64,000 bases of DNA, from contig NC_043012.1 in assembly GCF_006345805.1 (NCBI RefSeq), positions 33,852,001 through 33,916,000 on the forward strand. Direction: 5' to 3'. The translations under genes were made by a program, and so were the position numbers. Below the pieces are notes generated by a model. The model saw only the letters and a program-made list of their open reading frames with translations, had not been told where the DNA came from and ran no database searches. Shown in pieces: positions 13,101 to 25,680 of this stretch (positions are counted from its first letter, which is position 1; every line of letters begins with the position of its first letter). Source of the DNA: Octopus sinensis. Taxonomy: Eukaryota.

Positions 13101-13469
13101 AAAAGAATTATTATATATCTTACTTAACTTCAATCTTTATCAAAGGAGAGGACCAATTTGTTCAAGAATATATTTTACTTTCTCTTTCGGAATTCTTTCT
13201 TTTTGGGGTATTTTGTAAAAATGTAGAAGTAGCAATAGCTTTTTAAAGAATTACTAAATGAATTTTAGAATATTTTAACTAAAAAAAATCTTCAAGGGAC
13301 AGTTTTCATTTTTCAATTTTTATCCTTAATCTTATTTGTTTTAATTACAATTTAATTTTTTTTTTCTCTTCTTTTTACTTAGGTTCATGTCAATTTGATG
13401 ATGTTGGAAGCTCGTCTACAGGCAGAATTGTTATATTCTTTGCGGGCTGTAATGAGGTACATGACTTGA
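4015..13469 (+). CDS. SESN: Sestrin (PA26 family), 5'-incomplete; exons 4015-4185, 5380-5562, 8828-9052, 9891-10023, 11309-11546, 12354-12579, 13383-13469
   Basis: Manual splicing at AG/GT(AAGT) sites gives 1263 nt with consistent phases (0,0,0,1,2,0) and no internal stop. Motifs [25 protein letters not shown], [27 protein letters not shown], [15 protein letters not shown], GIRHDDY, HSEKVHVNL and [19 protein letters not shown] match sestrins. Confidence 0.97.
5380..5562 (+). CDS. SESN: Sestrin exon: [10 protein letters not shown]...[14 protein letters not shown]
   Basis: gatgtag acceptor, gaa|gtaagt donor, 183 nt; carries the catalytic Cys (tgt 5398-5400). Confidence 0.96.
6944..7164. mobile_element. 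piggyBac-type MITE family 1 (TTAA-CCCTTTCGTT...AACRAAAGGG-TTAA); copies at 20595-20812 (inverted) and 53681-53909
   Basis: TTAA at both ends, short TIRs and about 220 bp of shared internal sequence in three copies. Confidence 0.85.
8828..9052 (+). CDS. SESN: Sestrin exon: [13 protein letters not shown]...GCGIS...[10 protein letters not shown]
   Basis: tttccag acceptor, aat|gtaagt donor, 225 nt. Confidence 0.95.
9891..10023 (+). CDS. SESN: Sestrin exon: [19 protein letters not shown]...[13 protein letters not shown]
   Basis: ttcttaacag acceptor, t|gtaagt donor, 133 nt (phase 0/1). Confidence 0.93.
10385..10620 (-). mobile_element. Possible RTE AP-endonuclease remnant in a Sestrin intron
   Basis: Frameshifted VLSPHG.GACTS.GHL...WHLL resembles the RTE pattern GPHG.G.CN.NG.LL...WHLID. 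Confidence 0.35.
11309..11546 (+). CDS. SESN: Sestrin exon: ...[40 protein letters not shown]
   Basis: ttcttttag acceptor, ac|gtaagt donor, 238 nt (phase 1/2). Confidence 0.96.
12354..12579 (+). CDS. SESN: Sestrin exon: [21 protein letters not shown]...GIRHDDY...FQHSEK
   Basis: ttctttag acceptor, aag|gtaagt donor, 226 nt; overlaps ORF 12355..12651. Confidence 0.97.
12753..12974. mobile_element. piggyBac-type MITE family 2 (TTAA-CCCTTTAG...CTAAAGGG-TTAA); partial copies at about 51040-51229 and 20825-20890
   Basis: TTAA duplication and TIR; the internal gttttatgttcaaactggcc block is shared with 51050. Confidence 0.8.
13383..13469 (+). CDS. SESN: Sestrin last coding exon: [28 protein letters not shown]
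   Basis: ttttactttag-type pyrimidine tract with AG at 13381-82; TGA at 13467-69. Confidence 0.97.
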   Translation, partial: VHVNLMMLEARLQAELLYSLRAVMRYMT

Positions 13470-14275
13470 AGTGGGTACTGCTGACTGGTTCTGTCCGGTG
13501 TGCTAGTGGGTGCCTGCTGTCATAGAACTGTTAATATGGTATTTATGAAGAAGAGCCAAAATAAAAACCATATTTTATATATGTATATATTTGAAAGTGT
13601 GTGTGTCTATACATGTATACTGTATATATATGTGTATAATGTATAACATATGTGTATATGTTATATATATATATGTGTGTATAATGTATAACATATGTGT
13701 ATATGTTATATATATATATGTGTGTATAATGTATAACATATATGTGTATGATATATATATATGTGTGTAATATATATATATATATATATGTATTATACAT
13801 GTATATATATTATGTGTGTGTATGTATGTATATCTGTGTGTGTGTACGTATATATTTGAATATGTATATATATAATATATTACAGCAGCTAGAATTGTGA
13901 AGCAGCTGTGTCTGCAATTAAGCTCAGGGGACATAGAAATCAGAAATCAGAAAAGCTCTTCCTCCCTTGGATAAATCATCACAAATATGATGATGATGAT
14001 GATGATGATGTTGATGAATATATACCCACAGCATTATGTGAACATTTCTTTTTTAAAAATGGGCAAAAAATACATATATATTGACTGAAAAAAAATTGAA
14101 CTGAATTCCAAACCAAGACACACTCTCATACATATGAATGTATGCCTGTCTGTGTTAATGTGTATACATCTGTATAGCCTCACAGGTATGTGTATACATG
14201 TGTATAACCTTGGCTAACAACATTTAAATAGTTATATATGTAATATATATATACTTCTATGTTATATAAGGTGTG

Positions 14276-14323
<48 letters not shown>

Positions 14324-14335
14324 TATATACATATA

Positions 14336-14380
<45 letters not shown>

Positions 14381-17300
14381 ATATATAATATGCATATACA
14401 AGAGTATATATGTGTGCGTGTGTATAATGTATATATATATACATACGTAAACGTGTTTATATGAGGTGTGTGTAAATATGTGTAAATGCACACACTATAT
14501 AAATACACACGAGGTATACACATGCATATATATAGTGAGGTATACACATACTGGTTATATAAGGTATATAAACATCTTTTTTTATTTAATGACCTTCAAG
14601 AAATTAAAAATTATATGAGAGTACTCTACAATGATACAGAGTACTGTACAATGATATACAAAATGAGTACTCTAGTACTTTTTTTTTTTTTTCTAAAATA
14701 CTTGGCACATAATGTGCATATGGTGGAGTCGGGCTTATTGCCATGTGTGCATCATGTAAGTGACAGACATGCTGTGGCGGCAGTCGCAGTTGACAGTGAA
14801 ATAATTGTTTTCCAAGAATAGACTAAATGGTACGAGGTAGAACAGCATGATTGTGGTCTTGTGTGATCTGCTTGGGATCAAATTTTGAGTATTGCTACTA
14901 ATTCTGTCAACTTCACTGCACATGAATGTCTGTTATTTAAGGAAGAAAAAAAAAATATTAATCTGTGATATATTATATCTTTTTACTATCTTTCTAACTC
15001 TCTCTCTCTCTCTCTCTCTCTCAATCTCAGATAGAAAATGTCATTATAACAATACATGAGCTGACGGAAAACATTAATTATATTAAACTGGACTAATTAT
15101 AACAAGCATGGGACTCGAGCTCACACATTTACACAGGGTACAAACAAACATAAGGGGTAAATTGGGTCTTAACACAAAAATATTCTGTTCAGGGCATTTT
15201 TTTTTTTCCAGATGTAGAATAAATTACACACACACTCACACATGCAACATGCAACACATCCTTCTCAAGCTTGTTATATGTAGAATGTACCTTTGCATTA
15301 ACATGTTTCTTATATATACACACCAATATACACAAACACATACCCACATATGGTTATATAAAATAAATATATCCATGTATCCCATACACACATAATTTAC
15401 TTGGGTGAAATATAAGGCAAGGTATTTTGCAATATTTTGATAAAAAAAAAATACCATTTTATGGAAATTTATTGATGAAAAAACAATTTTTTTTTGTTTT
15501 CGAAAATCTATTTCCTTATTTTAGATGATTAACCCATTGTCAAATTTTTATGGAAAAAAACTGCATTATTTAGATTGTATTTTTTTTTTTTTTTTTTTTT
15601 CAAGTAGTTAATGCAGCTCAAAATATAAATACTTGTAGTTCTAAACTTGTAGTCATGTTATCTCTGGAATTATTCATATAAAATCTTCAAAAAAAAAAAT
15701 GATAATAATAATAATGATAATTAAAAAAAACTTTATTGGATTTGATACATATGTATATATAGTCCGGCTACTCTTCTAACATCGAAATAAGTACATTTAT
15801 TGTTAATAGTTTTTATTCTGAACAATAATTTCTCAGTATTAATTAAAAACATTACTAATTACATATACACAATGTAATCTTAACGAAAAACTATCAGTCT
15901 GTATCTGTCTGTCATAAACTTAACTATTCTCTGGACATTGAGACCTTCAGATTAAGGTTTATTAGAAAAACAATATTCAGGTTTATAATAATAATAATAA
16001 TAACTTCTAGTTTCTGAAAAAAAAAAACCCACAAAAAAAAAAAGAAAAAACAATCACCAGTCCCCTCTTTAGAACTATTCAATTACCATGCTCGTTATAT
16101 TTGTGAACAGTCTTAGAATATAATTTTCTATCCGAAAATTCTTCGTATATATTATATATATTTATTCTACTTTCTTAAAGGAAGAAAGAAAGAAGGGTGA
16201 GGGGGGAAGGGAATGGTCTTCAAGTGGAAATGGTGGTTAATATTTTCGTGAGATGTACGTGTTCTCCAACTGTGATGGTCTCTAGTTTCATAATGATGGT
16301 CATGATGATGGATAATGGTGTTGGTAGTAGTAGTAGTTGTAGTAGTAATAATAATAATAATAATATACCAATGTAAAGTTTAGCTTAAAAGATAAAACTT
16401 AAATAATAATCATACCTTGTGATTTAAAGAGAGTAATATATATTTTTGAGTTAACTCACCTGAAATGAAACATTAAAATTTTTTTTTATTTTTACTTGAA
16501 ACATAAAAATCTAAATTTATTTAACAAAAAGTATATTTTTTTTCTTTTTTTAATTCCTTATTTTGGCAGAAAAGTTCTGGCCACTTTCTTTTCTCATAAG
16601 GCTTTTTTCCTTTAAAGTTTTCTTTTCGCTACTTTTGTCAAAATATAGCAGAAGAAAAGAATAATATCAAAGCAATTAATAATTTATTTATATATTTATT
16701 CTAAATGTTTTTTTTTTATTATATATATATATATATACCCTTATTCTGCTAATATTTTTTATAGTCTATTTAACACAAAGAACAAAATATCCATTTTTAT
16801 TTTATTTATTTTTTTCTCTACAATGTGTTATATTAGCAAAGACTTCCAATTTTGTTTAAAGAATATTAGCTTGGTCAGTTCCTGTATATAAATGTATAAT
16901 ATATGCGTATGTATATACATATGCTCTCAAATTGTGTAGGTATTTATGTATACAAATGTGTGTGTGCGAGTATGTGTGTGTTTTCAAGGTGGTTTTTTTT
17001 ATGTTACCTTGAAGCAGTGTTTTCTATTCCAATAACTGTTGTTTTACTTTGTTTTATAATTTCTTTTTCAAAGCCTTTTTACAAATCAAGAGGAATTCTT
17101 CAAAATGTTTTGGGTGTGATATATATATATATGTATGTATCTGTATGACTGGGTATCTATGTATATAATATGTAAGATTCCAATTTAAAATTTCTAAGGG
17201 TTTTTTTTTTCCTCAAATAAAATCTTTCATTTATTTGGAGGATTCCTTCTAATCTTTGGTTTTTCTCTAACAAGGGGGATGGTGTTTGGTTAGGGTTGGT

Positions 17301-20300
17301 GGGTTAACAAGTGATATCTTGGGTTCTGTTGGCCTTTTGGACAGAGGCTGTTGTTTCTCAGAATTGAGTTGGTTTTTTTTCTCTTTTTATGCTAAATTTC
17401 TTTAATTCCTAATTACACCCACTTATAGCAAAGGTTTTAAAGAATGTTTTAGAGAAGTGGGAGTGATAGTTTATAAAATACTAAAATCTAATGCCAATCT
17501 TACTGGGTTTACATCCAAATTGACTAGAAACTTGGGAGAAGGGTCATTATTTACTTACAAAAAGCACAATTCTTGTTAAAAACAGCTACCTAGGGTTTCC
17601 TGTTTGAATTCTGATTTTTATTATATATATAATCATAGGTTAGCCTGTTAATATATCATCCCTTTTAATCAACTTGAAATGCCAAAAGAGTAAAATGTAA
17701 AAAATTCATTTGTTACTTAAATAAATGAAAACTATTCCTATAATAGCTAATTAGTAGTTTATTTATCAGATTGATTAGTAATTCTCATGAAACATGTGCT
17801 ATCATCCATCCTCTAGTCAAATTCTTCTGGCCCAAACTTTTTTTATTTATTATTTTCCTTTGTAAGACTATAATAGGATTTTATTTTTTTTTTGAGAATT
17901 CAGTGTCCATTCTTGTTGAATTCTATAATATGAATCCCACAGCACAAAAACTTACCTAATAACTAATGTCTTTCCTGTTGTATAAATATATGCAACACTT
18001 TATATAATACGTATGTATATACATGTGTAAATATATACACTTGTGAGTGTGTGTGTGTATGTATGTATGTATATATATATATGTACATATATACATACAC
18101 ACACACACACATTGTATGTATTGTATAATTTTTCCTGCATTTGTGATTTTTTTCTTACAATTGGTTTGGACGGACCGGACCATTCCTAATGTTTTTATTT
18201 TATTTTTTTATTTTTATCCCTTTTTTTTTTTTACTTGTTTTTTCTTACGACAAGGCTCCAGTCCAGAACTTGTAAATTTCTTTGAAAAACATATGTAATG
18301 TTTTAAGAGTTCTTACTTGATGAGAAAGAAACATAAATCTTGTGTTTTTACCATCATCATTATTATTATTATTATTATTTTTGACTTCAGTTATTTTGTA
18401 TTGTTCTTCCAAAACTTGTAGTTTAACTGAGAACTACTGAATTTTACCTCTCAAAGTTGGTGAAAAACTTTCGTTTCTTTCCTTTTATTTTATTTTTTTT
18501 TTACATTATTATATTATAATAATAATTATTATTGATAGTCTTACAGCTGTTTTTACCAAGTGCAGCTGTATAGTGATATCTTTTCAAGTAGAAATGTTTG
18601 TATGAAAGGTAGGTAGGAATGTATGTATGTCTGTGGCACCAAATTCTTTACAACATAAAACTGTAATCTGACTGATATTTTTTAAAAGAATTTCCGAAGA
18701 ATTTATTATTACTGATGATGATTATGATAGACTTAACAGTTGCATATACCAATACTCCAACAAAATACATTTATGTACTCCCACATGAGTTCCTTCTGTC
18801 AAAAAAAAAAAAAAAACTTGTTTAATCAACATGCACGATTTGAGAAGTGTGTGTGTTAAAGCAAACAAGGAAACTAATCAATATCTTAATGCCTCCCCCG
18901 TCACACATAACACACATTCACAGCAACTTTAAGATACCACCAGGAACTTGCCCCATCCTTCTCTAAGCTTTAAATTTATCATAATGTCCTTCACATTGTG
19001 GCAGACAAAGAAACTTTGTTCGCTAATCCTATGAGTCTCCAGTTGTAAATTGGAATATTCCTGGAGAAAAAGAACAGTTTGTTTACTTAACGGGGCTATA
19101 AATGAATCCAAAGACAGTTTTCAGTGACATTACAATAATCATATACTGCCGTACCCTCTCCCTTGACTGTAAAATGAGACAAAGCTGAAGTTTTACATTT
19201 CAACTATACCATGATTTATTAAATGTAACACACACACACAGATTGTTAGTATTGGTCGCAATTCTAACATGTAGCAGTGGTGTTTAGAGCTTTGTAAAAT
19301 CATGAGCTCCAGTTGCAATTTTGATTGCAATTGTCACAACCTCTGCTCTCTTTTGAAGTTTGTCACTTTGTCAGACAAAATATTGACAATGAACTTGACT
19401 TAACATGTATATAGGGTCAAAATTGAAGACAGTGTAAAATCTGGTCTAGATTCTCCAATTCCTTACTTGCAGTATAGGGCTTATCAGACTCTGGGAGCTG
19501 ACTACCTGTTCAGGTTTAAGAGTTCGTTTTCCTTGCCATTCAGTTTTTTATTTATATAAATATATATATATATATATTCGTTTTCTACTTCTTCCAATTA
19601 AAACCCCCAACAAATTGCTTGGTGATGCCATTTCATTGGGAACTGGTTTTTAGGGCAATATTACGCATCAAACACATCTGCCATTCTTTGTCCATTAAAA
19701 AATATATTCTCCCTCTCTTAATCTTCCTGACTTTCTCATTCTGGTGGCATTATTGAGCTGAAGCCTCCTACCCCATCCCAATATATATGTTGGTTGTGAT
19801 TTCTTGATTTTCTGACGATAATTAAATTAATTTATCAAAATAAAAAATAAAATATATATATATATATAAATCTTTAAAACCAAAATAAAGGGTTACTTTT
19901 AAGTTCTTGCAACAAATGCTAAAATAACAATGGCAACTTTGATAACTTAGATTTTCCTGATAAAGCCTTTGTTTAAGAGAAATTGATCTTCTCTTTAAAT
20001 TGGAACCACCTCAGTTGACAATAATAATTAGTAAAGACATTAGTAAATACTTCCAATTTTTAGCAAGTTGTACTTGATGGGGGGTGACAGGGTAGATTGA
20101 CTAATTGGGAAATTACAATTTTCTGGCTCCTCTTTTCCAGCTCTCAGTTCAGGTTTCTCATAAAAATGTACACCTTTAGCACCTCTCCTCTCTCTCTCTC
20201 TCCTCTGTCTCTTAATTATTGCCATTATTGCTTGACTCTCTCTGAACAAGTGCCACTTCACTTTGTTTTAACAAGGTGAAGCAGACAAGACAGATTGATA

Positions 20301-20530
20301 TAGTGAGTGTGTGTGAAGAGAAGAAAGGAACGGGACAAAAAATATAATTAAAAAAAAAAAACACAAAAAAACATTGACAAAAATGGGTGATGAAAATCTA
20401 AAAAGGAATTTTAAAAGTAAAAAAAAAATATATAAAAAACTTAAAATACCTTGTACAATTTTTATATTTTTAAATTTGTGATCTCAGAATGAACAAACAA
20501 TAAAGAAAAAAAAAAACTATTCGTGATTTT
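13470..20530 (+). other. Candidate long 3' UTR of Sestrin (SINE/LINE-free interval)
   Basis: No copy of the SINE or RTE families that are frequent elsewhere; AATAAA at 20499-20504 followed by a T-rich tract. The end point is a guess. Confidence 0.4.
13620..13790 (+). repeat. About 42-bp TA/TG-rich minisatellite, 3 copies
   Basis: tatatatatgtgtgtataatgtataacatatgtgtatatgt repeated. Confidence 0.8.
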
Positions 20531-21202
20531 GTTATTTCTTTTTCTTTTTCATCTTCTTGCATGTTCCCTTTTTAGCACGGGACCGGTTCCTTTGTTAACC
20601 CTTTCGTTACCAAACTAGCTCTGGCTCTGAGTACAAGTGTCTTGTTTTCATGAGTTTTGAATTAAAATCTTCCACTAAACCTTAGTCACAATTTATGTTC
20701 CTATCACTAGCTTAATGATAACTAAGTTATTTTACTAAACTCTTTGTTATGTTTAAAGTAATTGAGAGAAACACAGAGCATCTCAAAAGAAATACAGTAA
20801 CGAAAGGGTTAAGCATCCCTTTCTTTTTAGCATTTAATCCAGCCTCTTACACCTACCCTAAAATGTCAGTCTAAAAATAAACATACACATTATTGATTTC
20901 AAATTTTGGCACAAAGCCAGCAATTTCGGGGGATGGGGGATTACATCAACGTCAGAGGATGAAAGGCAAAGTTGACCGTAGCAGAATTTGAACTCAGAAC
21001 AAGGTTGGACGAAATACCTATTTCTTTACTACCCACAAGAGGCTAAACAGAGGGGACAGACAAACGGATTAAGTCGATTATATCGACCCCAGTGAATAGA
21101 TGGTACTTATCTAATCGACCCCGAAAGGATGAAAGGCAAAGTCGACCTTGGCAGAATTTGAACTCAGAATGTAGCAGCAGATGATGATTATATATATATA
21201 TA

Positions 21203-22390
21203 AGCTCGTCAAGTATGAAATTTGTAGAAAAGAAAAAATTTCCTAATGTTCTATAAATACAAGGCATAGTTTTATTCATCAAAGTATGCACCCATATTGT
21301 CAATATACTTTTACCATTTCAGCAGTAGTTAGTCCAGCCTGGAACTATAGAAGCTTGGCAATCTAGAGTCAATAAAATCTTGGAAGGCCTGTTTTACAGT
21401 ATCGTTGGAATTAAATTTTTTTCCTACCAAAAAGTTATCCAAATTCTGGAAGAAATGGTAACCAGTAGGGGAAAGATCAGGTGAGTATGGTGGAAGATGG
21501 AGAACTTCCAAATCCAACTCCTGTAGTTTCACCAATGACATTTTTGTCTTGTGTGGTTTGGCGTTGTCTTGCAATAAAATAGGAGTGGATCTGTTGACTA
21601 ATTTAGGCTGGGGTTTTTTTTTTTTTTGTAAGATTTTGCATCATTTGATCCAGTTGGCTGCAGTGTTCTTCAGCCGTGATTGAAGAGCCAGGTTCAATGA
21701 AGTCATAATGGATCACCTGTGCCAGACCACCAAACACACACCAGCTTCTTTTGATGAATTTCGCTTTTTGAACTGTGTTTTGGTGGCTCGTCTTCATCCA
21801 ACCACTGTGCTGAATGTTTACAGTTGGTGTATTGGATCCATTTCACTTCACATTCGATTAAAAAAGGATTCATTTTCATGATGGAAAAGCAGCATAATGC
21901 AGGCTTCCAAACATTACTGTTTCTGATTTCCCTTGAGTTCATGTGGAACCCACTTATCCAACTTTTTCACGTTACTGATTTGAATTAGGTGAGTCAATAT
22001 TGTTTGTTTGCTAATGCCAAACAACGATAATTCACAGGCACTTTGAGACTTGACGAGGGTTTCAGTTCGTCATATCCATCTTTGTTTCTGGTCGACTGTG
22101 TTACTCATTTGTGAGGTCAAAGTTACCAGAGTGAAATTTTGCAAACCAATTTGATACTGTCTGCTGTATAATAACATTAGAATGAAATACGCCATTAATA
22201 TTCTGAGCTGTACTTCCAAGAAAGAACTCATATTTCAAAACTACGAATTTCTGACTTATCCATCTCTAAACAAAAATAGCAAAAAACGGTTTATAAATAC
22301 TTTATAAAGTGCAAAATGAGTTAGAATAAAGAAATTGATGTATCAGCTTTCTAACAAAAATATTGTCAAAATATAATAACAACACAAAAT
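21203..22390 (-). mobile_element. Decayed full-length mariner (Hsmar1/cecropia-like) transposon; transposase remnant about 21268-22263
   Basis: Minus-strand frames give MDKSEIR..., KLDKWVPHEL, KK..VCVWW, QDNAKPH, LPPYSPDLSP and IDNMGAYFDE*, with stops and frameshifts; TA-rich flanks; TIRs not cleanly recoverable. Confidence 0.9.
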
Positions 22391-23049
22391 TATATATATC
22401 TTGTCTTAACTTCTTTCAGTCACTGGATTGCAGCCATGCTGAGGCACCGCATTGAAGGGCTTAAGTTGAATGTATCAACCAGAGTACTTATTTTTTTTAA
22501 AGCCTGATACTCAATTTATTGGTCTCTTTTTGCCAAATTGTTAAGTTATGGGACATAAGCTATCACTATTTGTCAAGTGATGGTGGTGGTGGTGGGGGAC
22601 AGATGTTATGACTCCTACATAGAGATATGTACATGTATGACAGCTTCCTTCATTTTCTATCTACCAAATCCACTCACAAGGCTTTTGTTGGAACAGGGCT
22701 ATAGTGGAAAACACTTGCCAAAGGTGTCACACTGTGGAACTAAACCTGGGACTACAAAGGACAACGAAACCTATAGAAAATAAGTCGGTGCTCCTGCATG
22801 GTCACAGTCCTATGACTGGAACAAAAGAATAAAAGAATTAACTTCATGGCCATGCCCATTGTCTATTTGGCTGAGCCTGTGGCATTAAGCTTTTATTTGC
22901 AACAAGGTTCAATCCCACTGTACGGCACACTTCTCCTTTGGTTTGACTTTAAAGTTGTCTTGTTTTTTTTATTTTTTTGTAGGAGATGGGTTTCCTTTGT
23001 TTGACTCAGTGAGGCTGATTACATCCTATTATGATGAATATACATTGAT

Positions 23050-23587
23050 GGTCTCACCAAGGCAATGACTAGTGACCGAGACCTTTGGAAGTATGCTGTG
23101 CATGAGAAGACCCGGCAGGACAAGTGAGACCATAACCCGTGGCCTCTACCTGGGATGTAGCCAGTCCACTTATGCATACCTTTCTTCTTGGGACACAAAA
23201 CTCTGCTTGCGAAGACCTGTTGAGGCAAGTGAAATCAAAATCAAAATCGATCAAAAATTTATGGAAATCGTAGTTGTAATACCAGTGCCGGTGGCACGTA
23301 AAAGAACCATCTAAACGTGGCCATTGCCAGCGCTGCCTCGACTGGCCTCTGTGCTGGTGGCACATAAAAAGCACCAACCAATCATGGCCGTTGCGAGCCT
23401 CGCCTGGCGCGTAAAAAGCATCCACTACACTCACGGAGTGGTCAGCGTTAGGAAGGACATCCAGCTGTAGAAACACTGCCAGATCAGACTGGGCCTGGTG
23501 CAGCCTCCTGGCTTCCCAGACCCCGGTCGAACCATCCAACCCATGCTAGCATGGAAAGCAGACGTTAAACAATAAGGATGATGATGT
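23050..23587 (+). mobile_element. RTE 3' end: ORF C-terminus AMTSDRDLWKYAVHEKTRQDK*, long 3' UTR, (GAT)n tail
   Basis: Colinear with 62508-63081; ends ccatgctagcatggaaagc.gacgttaaac..gatgatg. Confidence 0.85.
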
Positions 23588-24604
23588 ATATGTAATAAAA
23601 AAAATAGAAGGCACATCTATTCTCAATGACACTGAAGTAATGAGTGCACCAGCCTGTTAGTTCAACCACCCACTCTAAAATTATGAAACAGCTGTGTAAC
23701 AAAAAGGAAGGCAGGGAGAAATAGCGTTCACTTTGTTCAACAAACAACTGTTACAAGGTCACTCAACTTGCTAAAAATAGAAGTCAAAACTCACAAATCA
23801 GTCTGCTACCTTAAATAATACAGCTTTGGATATGCAACAGCTTTCATTAGAGTTGTCTTCAACTCAGACTGATCTGGGACAACACAACATCCACTTTCAC
23901 TTGAAGCCATCCAAAAAATGCCTCTACACAGGTGTACAACCTTTTAGAAGTAGCAGCCAAATTTCACTGAAAGCACAATGGACTCCTTTATATATAACTA
24001 CTACATGTATATATACCTCTAATCATTGCATGTATATACATGTAACGCATCCATAAGTCATATGTAAAAACGACCCCCTTTGGTCACAAATATCTAGAAA
24101 GTTCTCCGAGGCACAAGTTGAAACAAGGTTGTTTGTGGAAAACCAGTAGTTGCCCATGCATACCAGTTTCCCCTTTCCACACCACTGGTGTTATCCAAGA
24201 GAAAGGCAAAGGTCAATACAGCTTAGCACCAGTGACATCACAACTCATTTCTACAGTTGAGTGAAGCAGAGCAACATAAAATAAAGTGTCTTGCTTAAGA
24301 ACATAACACACAGCCCAGTCTGAGAATCTAAATCACAGACTTATGATAGTAAGTCTGACACTCTAACGACTGAGCTACCTTCACTATAAATCACATCTTT
24401 AGCACTAATTACTAGAATAAATCATAATCTTTAGCACTAATTACTAGAATATCTAATGTGTAGTTTGAAATGAGGCTTACATTTCACATTGGGACCTATT
24501 TCCATTCTTTTAGAGGTTTGACTACTAACCAGCCAGAGAATTTATTTTTTTATTTCATCTAGTTTCAGCTCATGAGCTGTGGCCATGCTGGGGCACTGCC
24601 ATTT

Positions 24605-24712
24605 AAAAAAATATGAACCGCTTCAAGAATTTGCATGTCATCCTTGCGCAGGGCCATGCTAATCTTCTCTGAATCGTTCCAATTTTAGAATATGTGCCGC
24701 TGTAACTAGTAC
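24605..24712 (-). pseudogene. U6: U6 snRNA full-length retrocopy (degenerate)
   Basis: Minus strand reads GTACTAGTTACAGCGGCACATATTCTAAAATTGGAACGATTCAGAGAAGATTAGCATGGCCCTGCGCAAGGATGACATGCAAATTCTTGAAGCGGTTCATATTTTTTT, colinear with U6. ACAGAGA box is changed to TCAGAGA, one C is missing in the ISL, the 5' stem is broken and there is no TATA at -30. Confidence 0.93.
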
Positions 24713-25519
24713 AATTTCTTCACTTACAAGAAATAGCAGTCAATTTCTTCCTCATTGAATCATACCAAGGACACATTAAATAATGTGATGTTGCTAGATT
24801 CACAAGATCCAGAAACAGGGCCCTAAGCATTTAAAAGATTTTGGTGCCCTCATAAAAGATTATTTAATTAAAAAAAAATAACAACAAACCATGAAAAAAA
24901 TTTTTATTTTTCAAAACAAAACAAAACAGTAAGAGGGAAAATAATGTTTATTTTTGTCTCCTTCCACTTAATTTATATTTGAAAAGTTCCCTCTTACTTT
25001 GATTACATCCTCAAAATTAATGTTAGATAACACATCTGCATCTATATACCTAATAAGGATAAAAGAATCCCAAATATTATTTTAGCAAGTTTAAAGTAAT
25101 TTCTTTTGTGCCATCAACCATTTACCATTTCTGTGGTTCCCCCCTCCTTTCCTTTATGCCCTAAGTACATGCTTATTTTGCTCAATGGTTAATCCAATGC
25201 TGTCCAGAAAATAAACAGGCTGGTTATTGGTTGGAACCCTTTAGCTCAATGTTTCTCAACCATTTTTCAGTCATGGACCCCTTTCATTCCTATTTTACTT
25301 GGGTGGACAATTGTAATCCATTTTATGTTTAAAAAATCCTATTATATTTTTAGTCCAGCCCAAACAGTAAAGTCCAGCCCACCACTCTGTAAAGTGGTTG
25401 GCATTGGGAAGAGCATCCAGCTCTAAAAAAACCATGCCAAAACATACACAAAGGTCTGGTGCAGGCTCCTGCTTGGTCAGTTCCTATGAAACCATCCAGC
25501 CCATGGAAGATGGATGTAA

Positions 25520-25543
25520 AATGATGACGATGATGATGATGAC

Positions 25544-25635
<92 letters not shown>

Positions 25636-25680
25636 TGGTGATGATGAAGATGACGATGATGACGATGGTGATGATGATGA
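25520..25680 (+). repeat. Compound (GAT)n(GAC)n(GAT)n microsatellite at an RTE tail
   Basis: Read directly; it produces the spurious poly-M/T/S ORFs. Confidence 0.95.

Noticed and set aside
15834-15841. miR-8/200 8-mer site CAGTATTA in the putative UTR
   Set aside because: A single AT-rich 8-mer in 7 kb is expected by chance; conservation cannot be tested here.
18930-19070. Minus-strand terminal exon after ttctttttctccag (EYSNLQLETHR... or NIPIYNWRL...)
   Set aside because: No recognisable homology and no upstream exon with both splice sites; it lies in the putative Sestrin UTR.
24605-24712. Functional U6 gene
   Set aside because: ACAGAGA box mutated, ISL deletion, broken 5' stem-loop and no upstream TATA; treated as a retrocopy.
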